From: Penicillus capitatus
Lineage: Eukaryota > Plantae > Chlorophyta
DNA: 64,000 nucleotides
Direction: 5' to 3'
Assembly (NCBI GenBank): GCA_965649825.1
Contig: OZ287700.1
Location: 930,001 to 994,000, forward strand
Shown: in pieces, positions 12,872 to 24,749 of the stretch
Numbering within the stretch: position 1 is the stretch's first letter
How the letters are laid out: every line of letters begins with the position of its first letter
The notes under the pieces: generated by a model
Told to the model about the DNA's origin: nothing
The model's database searches: none
The model's input: the letters and a program-made list of their open reading frames with translations, nothing else
Made by a program: the position numbers and the translations under genes

Positions 12872-15800
12872 TCATTCATTCAATAACTGCTGTTGAGGGC
12901 AGTTTGTATTCTTGTGTTTATTTTTTCGCGGTGTGAGGGTTCTGCACTGAAGGATACGTTGCAGGAAAATCTGCAAGGTCTTGTGTAGAGGGGCTGTTGT
13001 GCTTTGTAACGATGTCTGTTGTTCTGTCCATTTCTCAAAACGCGAAGGAATGCCGAAGTAGTGCTGCAATGCGTACTGCAGTGACCACTGTGTGACTTCT
13101 TCCCATCCCGTCTCGATCTCATACACGCTGTCCGATACCAACAGGCTCTCCAACAGTCCGAACTCCTCTTCCGGCAGATCCACTCGCAATCTGAGAAGAA
13201 GCTTGTGCGTTGTTCGCGAGGATGCTATGCGTTTCGTTACCGAACAAGGTGAACGTACAGCTTTGAGGTCTGCTTAAGGTCCTCACTCGATTGTCGAAAG
13301 CGATCGAGCTCGGACTCCATCTGATCTGTCAGATCCATGAGTTTGTGGAAGGTCGTCTGAAGCAGAGCATTCAGATGATCGACGTTTTGGGATCGAGTAT
13401 CCTGCAGGGAGACAATACTGAGCATGGATTGCTTCGCGTGGTAGTAAGGATGCCTTGTATTTCGTGAGGAGTCTCTTCTGTACGGCTCGATACAGTTCCA
13501 CCACGTGCTGCATTCGCATATCGAGTGAGCTGATACGTCGCCTCAGCCGAAAGTGATCTTCGATGACTTCGAGGTAAGGATCGGCAGGTGGATCATCCTA
13601 ATGTCACATCGCTGTGCAATTTCTCTCGTGAATCGTGCCACTTTGAGTCTCAACGTCGGCGGCGGCATGGAATGGACACGTTGCAGAAAGAGTGAGAGTC
13701 TTTGCTCGAAGTCCGCCAAGATGGGTAAGATGGATGGCAGATGGTCGGACTGAATTCGGTACCGACTACCAGATTTCGATGCAATAACCGTCACACGATG
13801 GCCATTCGGTGCCTCAAATGTCAAGACATTAGATTCCAAAGGATGGTGGAAACGTTGCAGCTCTGCGAGATCATCAAAAAGCTCTCTCAACGAAACGGCC
13901 TCGCCTTCTGTTTCCAGCACAAATCTGTGCTCTAGACAAATATCCCATTAGCGAATAATGATCCTACGGTTAGAGAAAACGCACTGGCTTCTTTGACAGG
14001 AGCGACGAGTCGGTAGAATCTCAGTAGAGGAATTCGTGCCTCCGATTGTACGACACAGGCACAGCCTTTGGCATTTCTGTAGGAAAGGACCAATCGGCAT
14101 GGATGATGGTCTACTGTTCCGAGGTGCGAGAATCTCAGCGGAATCAATGCTCGACCTTCTTCGCCGCATTCGACGATGGATATTGTCCAGGCATCCTACA
14201 AGAACTGCCCCTAGCGCATTCTCAGCTCTTCGGGATATTGACCTCATCGACGGACGTGCACGTTGGCGGCACCACCAGTAGATCGCAGTCGGTGATCGGC
14301 GCTTCGCCGACGCAGATCACTTCGATCTGCACTTCTACGGAATCGTCGGTGACGGAGGCTTCGTGTCGTAATCCGAATACGAGCGGCTGTTTTTGCGCAT
14401 CCGGGTAGAGAACACGGATAAGGACGTCGTCAGGTGAGGTGTTTGCCTCTCTCTGTGCCTGTTCCTCCTGGAGAGCTTTCTTCAGAGTCTTGTATTCAGC
14501 CTGAATCTTCTCCTGATCCATTCGGTCTCCCTTCGTAGTACATAAGGGCACAGGAGGCTCAGATACGATATCCTACAGTTGAGAATAGAGGGAGTTCCGT
14601 GTTGGGCTCTGTCCCGAGGTAATTGAGCGAAAGATGTCCTCTTTCATCGAGTGCCAAGATAACGCCTTCGAGTCCATCCACTTTGAGAACTGCCAGTGCG
14701 ATGGGTACCGTTTCGGCTTTTGCTGTCCATAGTAGCTGAGTTCCTCTGTATACCATCCAATGGCCTGTCTGTGTCGCAATGAGAGCGTGTGTCTCGGCAG
14801 AAGGACGGGACTGCGCCACCGAGTACGCACAGAGTGCCATTGGCGTGAAGTCAAATCGTTTTTGCAGCAGCAGAGATCCGTCGAGCGCTACATAGAAGAG
14901 TGACGTCTCCCCAATGCAGAGTAGAACGGGTTCACGCTCTACAGGCCAGCTTCAGAATTTGAAGAAGGCGATCGTCTCACCTTTGCCTGGACGAATAGAG
15001 AGATACCCTGGCGCGACATACGACACGATTTCGCCCATCTGGAGTTCCCACATGCGCTCGAGGGAGGATGAAGCTCGCTGCTCTACAAAACACAATTTCA
15101 TCAAATAGCAATACCCACCCAATCTGGATACGTGTGCTGCGGTGTGCTGTCTTTGGACTGCAGGCATAACAGACCAGGGTGAACGTTGAAGTAGAAGTGA
15201 CCAGAGCGTTCTCTTTGGGGAGATAAACCAAAGGTCCGGCAATGAGATGGTCACTCCAGTTTCCACTCACTTCTACCATTCCATTGCACATCCGATAAAG
15301 CTCACCGTCCAGGGATTGGACCCAGATGTTTGCCGCATCTAAGCAAAGGAAGTATGGGTCATACGTGTATTGCAAAGGGACGGACACGGCGTCGATTTTG
15401 CACCTTTGCCTGGTGTGTGTTCACTGACCATGTTGGCGACGGATCTCGGCAGCGAAAGACATTGAATCTCTCGGTGGGCGACGACGTCCGACGTCACGCG
15501 GAATGCGAGGAGTCTCACGCTCGTCGGGTGCAGGACTGCACAGGTTTTGCCTGTTCCACTGTCCGCGCATACGGTTAGGCTCAATTCGTACTGAGTAGTG
15601 CGTACGGTGTGAAGTAGCCTGCTTCGACTTGGAGGATCGGAAAGCGCAGGTCGAGCACGCAGAGTTGATCTTCCAGCCGATAGGCTCGAGTATGTGGACG
15701 GAAGATCCGAAGGACGCCGTTTAGACTGCCGATGACAACGAGCACTGTGAAAGTGTTTTCTTTGTTGCAAACAGCTCGTGCAGCGAAAACAGACCTTCGT

Positions 15801-15897
15801 TTGTGTCGAAGCTGTCTATACAGAGACATCCGTCGGCGAACTCCTCTGCATCGCCGACGCGTGTAGTCCAAAGAGGTTTGACTCGAAACAACGACAT
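12872..15897 (-). CDS. BBS9: BBSome subunit BBS9 (PTHB1), multi-exon
   Basis: Spliced start MSLFRVKPLWTTRVGDAEEFADGCLC...VIGSLNGVLRIF; YRGTQLLWTAK; LSLNYLGTEP; RYRIQSD; YRAVQKRLLTKYK; GWEEVT. All are typical PTHB1 motifs. Confidence 0.9.
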
Positions 15898-16898
15898 TCA
15901 ACGAGATGACCTGTTCACTGCTACCAGCAATCGACGATTGTCCTCTCATCCCTTGCGTTCTGTTGAGTAGTAGTGCTTGAGGCTGTTTTGATGCTCGATT
16001 GACGACGATAGCTAAGAACCGCGAATTCGACTGAATGCATATATAGACAAGGTCGAGATGCAATCGTGCAGCACAATAAACACCTCCGCAGAAAAGCTGG
16101 AGTCCGATATCACGGATAGAAAAAGGTATCTCTGATCGTCATTCGCGCATCAGGATGCATCATACTTGCTTTACACATTTTTGTCAAACAAACGTCGGTT
16201 ATTGACGAATCTTTTGTAAACTCGAGGTATCCTTTTAGCGAGATACTGATAGACGCGTTTTCGGATACTTGTGCAATGTATCAGCGATTTTGCTTCGCTT
16301 TTAAAAGGTTAATCGTTAATAGATTGCACATCCGGATTGGATTCTGTTTTGAGGAAGATATCCCACATCAGATGGCGAGATCATCGCGTAAGATGATTTT
16401 AAAAAAGTCGAGATAGTGCAGCTAAATAGTAAATGGTCTAGCTGCTTGCCTATTGAGCACATGGGGTCTATTGCACGCGAAGTCAAAACTCGATCGTTGC
16501 CAAGATATACTCCTTTCTTCGAGATGGATCGCCGGTGCGGTATTGTTCGCAGCTCTTAAGCCGATCGCCGACTTCGATCGAAGTTATGCACCCGATGAAG
16601 GCGAATGGTCGAGGAGAGCATTATATGGCTCTTTGTTTCAATCTGTAGACAATCGACAAAAGAGTATCCATTACGTAAACATGAGCAACACATTTTCATC
16701 AAACGGACGTCATGTTAACGAACGGCATCATGAAAATCGATTTGTCAGCGCCGCTCGCCACAGCTTCGGATACTCTTGATTCGCAATATCGCGTTCTCTT
16801 AATAGACCGTAACATAACAAAGATCTCCGTCTGATGTGCGGTTTCTTATACTTGATGACGCTCATCATTGTCGGTCGTTCTTTTCCGATTGGATGATC

Positions 16899-17099
16899 AC
16901 ACCCGATTGTCGATCGACCATCTCGATGGACACCCGATTGTCGATCGACCATCTCGATGGACACCCGATTGTCGATCGACCATCTCGATGGACACCCGAT
17001 TGTCGATCGACCATCTCGATGGACACCCGATTGTCGATCGACCATCTCGATGGACACCCGATTGTCGATCGACCATCTCGATGGACACCCGATTGTCGA
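16899..17099. repeat. Perfect tandem array, 31-bp unit x about 6.5
   Basis: Unit ACACCCGATTGTCGATCGACCATCTCGATGG, repeated without mismatch and without spacers. Confidence 0.97.
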
Positions 17100-17911
17100 G
17101 AGGTCACCACTCGCCAATCCCTTTCGACGACAATCAATTGTTTTTAAGCTGATGAAGTCAGTTGAATCTGGATTGTACTCGGTAGACAAAAACGCTTAGG
17201 GTACACGATCGCCGTATGATAGCGTCGTTGAGTCACTTTCTTACGAGATAAACACTAGGCGAAGTTTGGGTTAGCGCAACGTTGAGTCCAAAACGTGCCA
17301 AGACACAGAGACGGTGTGAATAAACCAGAACCAGAAATCCGAATAGCACTGAAGAATTTGACTGCCGATTATCGTACACCAAAACAGACGAGAATCGTCC
17401 GACTCGGCTCTAGATTGATGTCATTCTGCATTATTGGGTGGTCCTGACCTTGCGAATGAGTAAGACGAATCCGTTTATTGTTTGACAATCATCTATTCCT
17501 TCACTTTGGGATAACCGAGCGGTAAACCATCTCAGAAACCAATCGACATCTCTTCAACAACAACAATAGTCAACCTGCAGAGGAAGACAGCGAGATGACT
17601 GCCGCCGCCAATTCATTATGGGACAGCTCTGAAAACGAACTCATCTTTTCTAGTCAGGTGGACGATGTGCAATCGTTTGTTTGCGATTCTTTATGTTGTC
17701 GACGCAGATGAGATGTCATTTCACAAGCAGAACTCATACGAAAGACGAACATTAAAACGAAGCGAGGTATTCGACAGCATCAACAAGAGCGTCATCGATA
17801 GCAGCATGTATTAAACAATCGTGATTTCTGTTCCGCACGTAATTCTCATCTATCCATTTTATGTGTTGAATGTTGTCGCCTCTTTTAAGACGAGCAAATC
17901 TTGATGTCATT

Positions 17912-19330
17912 TCAGTAGGCATCGCGGAAAACACGCTGCCATGGTTTTGGATTTGGTTTGGTGTTTTCATGCTCCAAAGCAATGAAGGATTCATTGTGTC
18001 CAAGGTACTTTTTATTCGTCGATACACGAGAAACACTTCTGCGAAATTTAGTAACGATTTCGTCATCTCCCCTCAAGTATTCCAGAGACTCTCCCTGTCT
18101 TCGATGAAATGTAAATCTCTGTTGTTTGAAGTCCTCGTCTGGAATCTCCAGTGTTGCCTGAATGCGTTTCTTGATCTCTCTCAATTCTTCTCCTTTCTTC
18201 GCTCGGATCCAGAAAGGATTTCCGAAGGTCGACGACCTGCCATCAGATTCCCAGTGACAGCAATGAACCATGTACTCGTCTGATTTTAAGTACTGTTGAT
18301 CCTCTGGTATAACTTCTGCTCGAAGGGTCCAGTAAGTCTCGTCCAGAGACTCCAGTGATGTCTCTTGGTCCAACACCTGATCGAAAAACGATCCATGCGG
18401 TGTAAACTGATGTGAGATGTTACTTTGTCGATCCTGGAGTGTCGAATCCGCATGACTCGTATGTCGGAGCAGGCATAACCATCGCCAAGCTCTTGTTTCA
18501 GCTGTTCGATGAGATCACCTACTGTCGACTCTTGTGACAGTTGAAGCACGTGCACCGACTGCAGTTCAGATTGCAGGTTGTGGAAGAAGATAGGCAGACA
18601 TTTCATCTTTTCCAGAGTAGGAAGCTGTATGTTGAGAATCTCATAGTAGAGGGTGTCTATGTACCGATTGGATTCCAGAAGCATGGTTTTCAAACGGTCG
18701 GGTCCATTGTACTTGATGGGACTTGTGCGCGGCAAATTGTCATAATGATTCTGCTGTGTCAGACGAATCTTCTTGTAATCTTCCACTTTCAGGTGATTGG
18801 CCACTTCAATGGTCACCTGCTCGTAGCTCATCGTCTTCAGCAGATCCAACTTGAAGCCGTCATCCTATAGATATTGTGACATGATGTGACATGCGAGACA
18901 AAGAGAGGACCTTCGGATTCTTGAGCGGTCTGAAATGCACCACTTTTCGATTCCAAACGAACTCCAGAAATGACTCAACGGTCGGATAGGGACAGATCTG
19001 CTCAATCGCCTCAGATTCTGTGACGCGTTCTTGGATAATGATGATGTCACCTTGGATGAGTCGACACTGCGGTGGGAGAAGAGTGAGATTCTGTAGAGCA
19101 GGATGAGCACCTCACCTGCAATGCTGTATGATCAGGGTGCAAATGTGGACAGGTGACGTGGGGATAAGACTTCTCTTCTTTGAATCCGATGATATCTGCA
19201 TTCTGCGGAAGACCAGCTTGTTCCTTCGCCTCGTCTAGAATTCTTTGAATCTGCGTCGACTCCTCGACATAGAAGCATCCGACGTACGAGAGTCTTTTGG
19301 GTTTTAGATCAAAATGCTTGATGAAAGATG
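17912..19330 (-). pseudogene. USP7/UBP12-like copy 2; 5'-truncated fragment (UBL region and last exons only)
   Basis: Colinear with the 3' third of copies 1, 3 and 4, introns included. Homology ends abruptly at about 19330, where the HEAT ORF begins. Confidence 0.9.
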
Positions 19331-20071
19331 CACTGACAGTGTCTATTTTGTGCGTTGGGCCGCGATTGACGTCGTCGGCAAGGTCGTCGGAGCAGCACCA
19401 CACCTTGCGGAAAGACTTCTGCCAATGCTTGACAGAGGCCACCTTGACAAAGATTGCTTTGTCCGTCTGAAAACAATAGAGGCTGTCAGCTTGGCCCTCA
19501 AGGTAGCGCCACATCTCGTCGGTGAACTCATGCCGATGCTTGAGAGAGGGTGCACCGACGAACACATTGACGTGCGTTTGAAGCCGTTGAAGGCCGTAAA
19601 GACAGTGGCGGATCTTATCGGCAACCTTGTGCCGGTGCTTGAGAAAAGATGCATCGACGAACACAGCGACGTGCGCTCGAATGCCTTGAAGGCTATCAAA
19701 GGAATCGCTAAGACGGCTCTACATCTCGTGGGCGAACTGTTGCCAATGCTTCAGAAACTAAGTGGAAACGAGTACTTCTACGTTCATCGAAACCCAATTA
19801 CCACACCAAGGGCATTGCCACTTTATTGGGTTACTCCTCTATCAATTATCTCTGGCTTAAAGTACAACATTTTGCTATTCTTCCTCCAAAATACGTTTAC
19901 ACTGGATCCCCCACAGAAGATGAGAAAATTACACTTGTGCTGAATGCAACATCATCACATGAGGTTAAAAGGTGGGACGGGAAAACACTCGATAAGTATC
20001 TTATGCAGTCGAAAAAAGAGTTTAAGGAGGAGTTTCCGGGTTTGTTGAAGAAGCTTTTCATAAACGAATGA
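19314..20071 (+). pseudogene. Intronless HEAT-repeat protein fragment with a probable frameshift near 19835
   Basis: About four 35-39 aa repeats (MLERGCTDEHIDVRLKPLKAV...PHLVGELLP). A protein-like continuation lies in another frame (SINYLWLKVQHFAIL...LFINE*, ending 20071). Confidence 0.75.
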
Positions 20072-21368
20072 ACGAATGGGCACTTTCAAAATAAACGTTC
20101 AAAGAGCTCGGGCAATCGAGGCACGTCGACATTTGTTATGATTTGCGGATTCTCCTAGCAATTATTTCGATGACGGAGCGCATGACTTCCGTACTGATGT
20201 GTTAGTCCGTCGAAGAAGATTTATCGTGTCTTTTGGGCGGTGTCTCTTGATCAATACATTGAACCCAAAGTCTGTAGCGCGTTCGGCGTGTTTCATCATT
20301 GGGTGGATGTGTTGGTCATGCGCTTTACTTAATGCATGAAACTCTACAATCGATGGCACTTGGGTATGTATGGGTACGCTGGATGTCGTCGAATGTGGGT
20401 TTACATTTGTAAGAGGAGGGTTGTCTTGCAATTAACGAATGGGCCAGAAATTACCGAGGCTCTCGGCATCTTACAGTGTGTTAAGGATACGATAGCGCGT
20501 GAGAGCCGATTCTCCCAGCAGACGACGAGATCAGAACAAGTTCGCGAGTTTAACAATTCTCGAATTCAACTCACAGACAAATGTACTATCGGGCTCATCA
20601 GTCACATCAGGGAGGTCGCGCTGCCACATAGTGCAACGAATGACGGAAGTAAAAGGCCGAGACATTCAGGGCGTGTCGAGAACGGAAGGTTGTTTTACGA
20701 GCAAAGATTCTTGCGCACAGAATCTCAACATCCCATGTCGATGATGACACGCCTTCGTGGCAAACCTGAATGGCTATTGTCCACTTCTAGCACTAGACTT
20801 GCCTAAAACAAGGAAGGTGCGTCTTTCACTTGTACTTAAAGAAAGCCAGACACACGTCTGTATATGTTCTTTTCACGTGCAACACACAAGGAGCTAAACA
20901 GCATAAACCATCAGTGGATATTTAGAACGCCGAATGGGGCGTACTTAAGAAAAAGGACATGAGCACAACAATCTCAGCTGAAACAATCAATTAAGCTAGC
21001 AGGCTAACGAGGGTTCAACAAGAAGACACTTTGTAGTTAGAGCGGAAAGCCTATGAGGTCAGATAAGATGCAGGTGTCTAGGAAAGTTCAGATAAAGATG
21101 CTAAAGCCATAGCTGCATTTCACCTAGGTTGCTAACTGCTGAAAAATGCTTGCTAAACAGAAGAACGGCGAGCTAAAAATGCCAAAGAAAGGAGGAAAAG
21201 CTGCAAGTCAGCATGTTCGCTGTCTTTCTCGCCTTGAAGATCGCCGATGAAACAACTTTGTTAGGACGTTCTGATAGATAGCCCAAGGAATGCAAAAATT
21301 GAAGCGACGGTAGGTCTCCGCGTCAAAGAGGATTTCTAACAACTCTGGTACTTCGCATAGGTAAGAGG

Positions 21369-21483
21369 TCACCGTTGCAGACGCAGTCCTTCGGAGGGAG
21401 ATCACCGTTGCAGACGCAGTCCTTCGGAGGGAGATCACCGTTGCAGACGCAGTCCTTCGGAGGGAGATCACCGTTGCAGACGC
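21369..21483. repeat. Tandem repeat, 33-bp unit x 3.5
   Basis: TCACCGTTGCAGACGCAGTCCTTCGGAGGGAGA units start at 21369, 21402, 21435 and 21468. Confidence 0.95.
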
Positions 21484-23203
21484 GGAGTTCCTGGCATGGC
21501 AGAGGCAGGACCTCGAACCGCAGGACGATGGCATGCACGTAGAGTGGAAGGATCTGCAACAACAGGTGGTCATCGCGTTCCCATTGACCGCTTCTTTTAT
21601 TGTCTGCTGTGAAAGCAGATCAAGAAATCAGGGTTGGAGTGCGATGAAGTCAAGACCAGATCCCTCACACACAAGAAGAAGATGAAGCCGGAGGCAGATC
21701 TGGTCTCCAAGGGTAAAGAACTGGCATCCGACACAAGCTATGCACCTTCCAGAATAATCGATGGAACGAGGGGTGTGAAGAGTTCTCTGGATGAACGCGA
21801 CAACGTCCAACGCTTGACGGCCAGTCGGACTCTGCCAAAGAGAACGTTGCCTACGCTGTCGAAGAAATACATGGCGCGTACGATGATGGCGAAAGTAGGA
21901 AGAAATGTCGGGATGAGAAGAACTCCGACTGGGGCAACTGACGCGATCTTTGGCACGTCGACTCCACGGGCCCTCCGTTCAGGTCACCGTGGGTCAGGGA
22001 AAGCGCCTCCAAAGAATCTAACATGCCCAACCTTGCAAAACGCAAAAGGCTGAAGAGGTGTTACCAATTGAGGGTACGACTAAGAGACGTTGGACATAAC
22101 ATGAGTGATTGCGACTGGTTGTAGTAGACTGAAAGCTGTGAAGAGTGGGTATACATGCTTCAGCATTCTGTCAATGCACAACAGTCCTAGTATGCTAATG
22201 TCAAGCCGTGTTTCGGCAAAGATTGAGATGAACAAGACGATTGTCGAGATTGCCATCACTGGCGAGAGTATGGTGAGCATCTGCAAGCAAGCATCTTGAC
22301 CTGCGACTGTGATGGCTGGTCGCATCACACTTAGGCTACACCTAGAAACCAATTCGAACGTCCCTTGCCTCGTTCTGCCTTTTTGTGGCCACAGGCGCTA
22401 GATTGTCTCTTCCGCATTGGCATGTAAGATGTGGTTATTCATGTAAGATGTGGTTATATCTCCCATGGCGATTCAATCATCTCGATACCCCGCCGTCTAC
22501 TGTAGCCTCGAAAACAGCTTTGGTACTCGCATTTGCAATGAGCAATAAGTAGTAAGTTAAACGGCGGATCTGTTAACATTCATGCATAAAAAGCTCCATC
22601 CTCATTCTTTGACAAGCGGAATTGTTCCCGGAACAGAGATGTGTGCAGGTGCCATGAACACAGCATACAGGAGTTCGCAATGTCTTCACAGTGATCCTCA
22701 TTGGCGTTCGCCACAGTCGAAGTCACCATTCTATTCACTGCTCTTCCACAGCGCGTCTAGTACATAATCATCACAACAAAGTGGAAACTACACAGAGCGA
22801 TCAAACTGGCGCGGACAAAATCCTCAGCGTAAATAGACCCTGGGTGGGCGGAGACTTGTTAAGGTTCTCTTTAGATCAAAGCCCATGCTGTATCTCTACC
22901 GAAGTTCACAGAAATAGATGGTACAGCGCACAGTGTCCACAAAGTCCTCAGGAAAATCGAAAAGCAAAAAACAGGCCACGGAATCGCTGATGTAAAGAAC
23001 TCCAAATCGTCGTCCAGCGCATCTCCACTGGTGCCTTTAGTAGTCTCTCCTGCATACGAGAATTGAGAACCATCGATTGAGAGGAAGTAAACTTACTCGA
23101 TAGACAGTGAAGAGCTCGCTGCAACAAAGGAGGCCTGTGCCAGTGGCACGTCAACGTGACATCCGCACAGGGAGTGTGGGAGAGTTTTGAGAGGGTGAGT
23201 GGG

Positions 23204-23746
23204 CTAAATTGTGTCCAGTGCGGCTTTCGGATCCGACGCGCTGCGCGGACATGCAGTTAGATGGTCCAAGAAGGGACCAGTAGTGAAAAACAGAATGCAA
23301 AATGAGAAAACTAACAAGAAGCAGAAACATAGAATAGGTAAAACAGAGAGACACAGACAGAAAAAAATGAAAGATTTCTCACAAATTCAATAAGAGACAG
23401 CGCAGGTTCAGACAGAAGACAGAGAATAGGAATAGAATGAGATTCATTCAGACTACAGAGCAGACTCAGAAAGAGCCGCAAGGTAACAAAAACTCGCAGG
23501 AAACGGGTGCAAGAAACTCAGACAGGCGTTCACAGGAAAACATAAGTGATGCAAGCTCGGTAAATGAGCTCAAAGAAAAAACACAGAAAACAAAGAGACG
23601 GGCACATATCACACATCAAAAACAAAAGAGAGGCTCCGTGGCATAACGAGGAAGACTGGCATCCAGGGGAAAGAGAGAAAAAGAGAAACATAGAAAAAGA
23701 CGGCCTGGATGCCGATCCGAAAGCCATGGCCGGAACACAGCCGCAC
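23204..23746 (-). other. Structured GT-AG-bounded insert A (long-range terminal stem, conserved hairpins, low-complexity linker)
   Basis: GGCTTTCGGATC (23222-23233) is the exact reverse complement of GATCCGAAAGCC (23714-23725). Hairpin GGCATCCAGG/CCTGGATGCC (23658-23713). 23-nt block 23234-23256 is identical to the one in insert B. Confidence 0.7.
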
Positions 23747-24102
23747 TCCGAGTCTTTGCCACTCCACTGTGGACGTCCAAGCAGATCATCTGCTATCCAG
23801 TTCTTGCGTGCCTGGCAATCCTCCTAAGGACATCGCTGCAGTCGAATGCAAACAAAGACATCTGGATTCGGTTACCTCTATGGTGAACGTTGCAGGAGAT
23901 CGTTTCTGTAGGCCTCTCGTTTGGATTCAGCATCAGACCCCAATCTACAAGAATAAAAGTGAGGTATAACATTTGAGTGACAGAGGGAACATACCTCTGG
24001 CTAGCGGCGCCGCACATTGAAACCTGGCAGAGCACCAGTGACCTCTCCCGAAAAGCAGCCCTGGGAAGAGTAAGAATTCCCAGTGTGATCGGCGAATCAT
24101 CC

Positions 24103-24703
24103 CTGGAATCGTCCTCTGGATCCGACGCGCTGCGCGGACATGCAGGCAGGAGGTCCAAAAAGGGACCAAGTACAGACACATGAAGGCACACCATACGCAG
24201 AGAGAGAGAGAGAGGAAACATGGATAAGAAAGACATGAGAACAGAGACATGAAGGTTTCACAGTAAAACTCAGGCCACACAGAACAAAGAGAGAGCAAAA
24301 GGCGTATAAAACGGAAAAAACATGCAGTCAGGGGACAACGGAATCGGTGGTCGGCACAGAAAGAATAAAGACTCACATAAAGTAGAACATGCAAAACGGA
24401 GATGATGAAGGACTAACTGAGGCACTTGAAAAGGCGAGCCAGAAAAAAGCAAAAAAGCAGTTATACAACGAGGGAAAACTCGAAAACAGTAAACGGGCAA
24501 ATCGGGAAGGATGAGTCTTATCCATAATACGAGCTCGAAAACAGGATCGCACAAGAACTGCAATCAAAGAAAGAAGAAAGAATCACAAGCAAAGTAAGCA
24601 CCGATTCCGTTGCCCAGATCGAAGAAGACGGGCATCCAGGGGGGAAGAGAGAGAAAAGGGAACAGAAGAGACGGCCCTGGATGCCGATCCAAAGGACTCT
24701 TAC
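24103..24703 (-). other. Structured GT-AG-bounded insert B, homologous to A
   Basis: GTCCTCTGGATC (24111-24122) pairs with GATCCAAAGGAC (24686-24697) at 11/12. Hairpin 24631-24685. On the minus strand it begins GAG|GTAAGA and ends TTCCAG|G. Confidence 0.7.
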
Positions 24704-24749
24704 CTCAGGTCATCGACCGAATCACGCGGCCGCCCAATGTCACGGTCTC

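Noticed and set aside
16899-17099. CRISPR-like array (also considered for 29320-29580)
   Set aside because: The 31-bp units have no spacers, the other repeat has poly-T linkers, there are no cas genes, and the context is eukaryotic.
16728-17199. Six overlapping ORFs
   Set aside because: By-products of the stop-free 31-bp tandem repeat.
19047-19664. 205-aa minus-strand ORF as a USP7 fusion gene
   Set aside because: Its N-terminal half is just the antisense of the HEAT repeats running into a USP7 exon; no promoter or splice support.
20200-22060. Integrase-like (KLYNRWHLGMYGYAG) and chromodomain-like (YAVEEI) fragments of an LTR or DDE element
   Set aside because: Only 4-6 residue resemblances, catalytic residues not identifiable, and no LTR or TIR found; needs a profile search.
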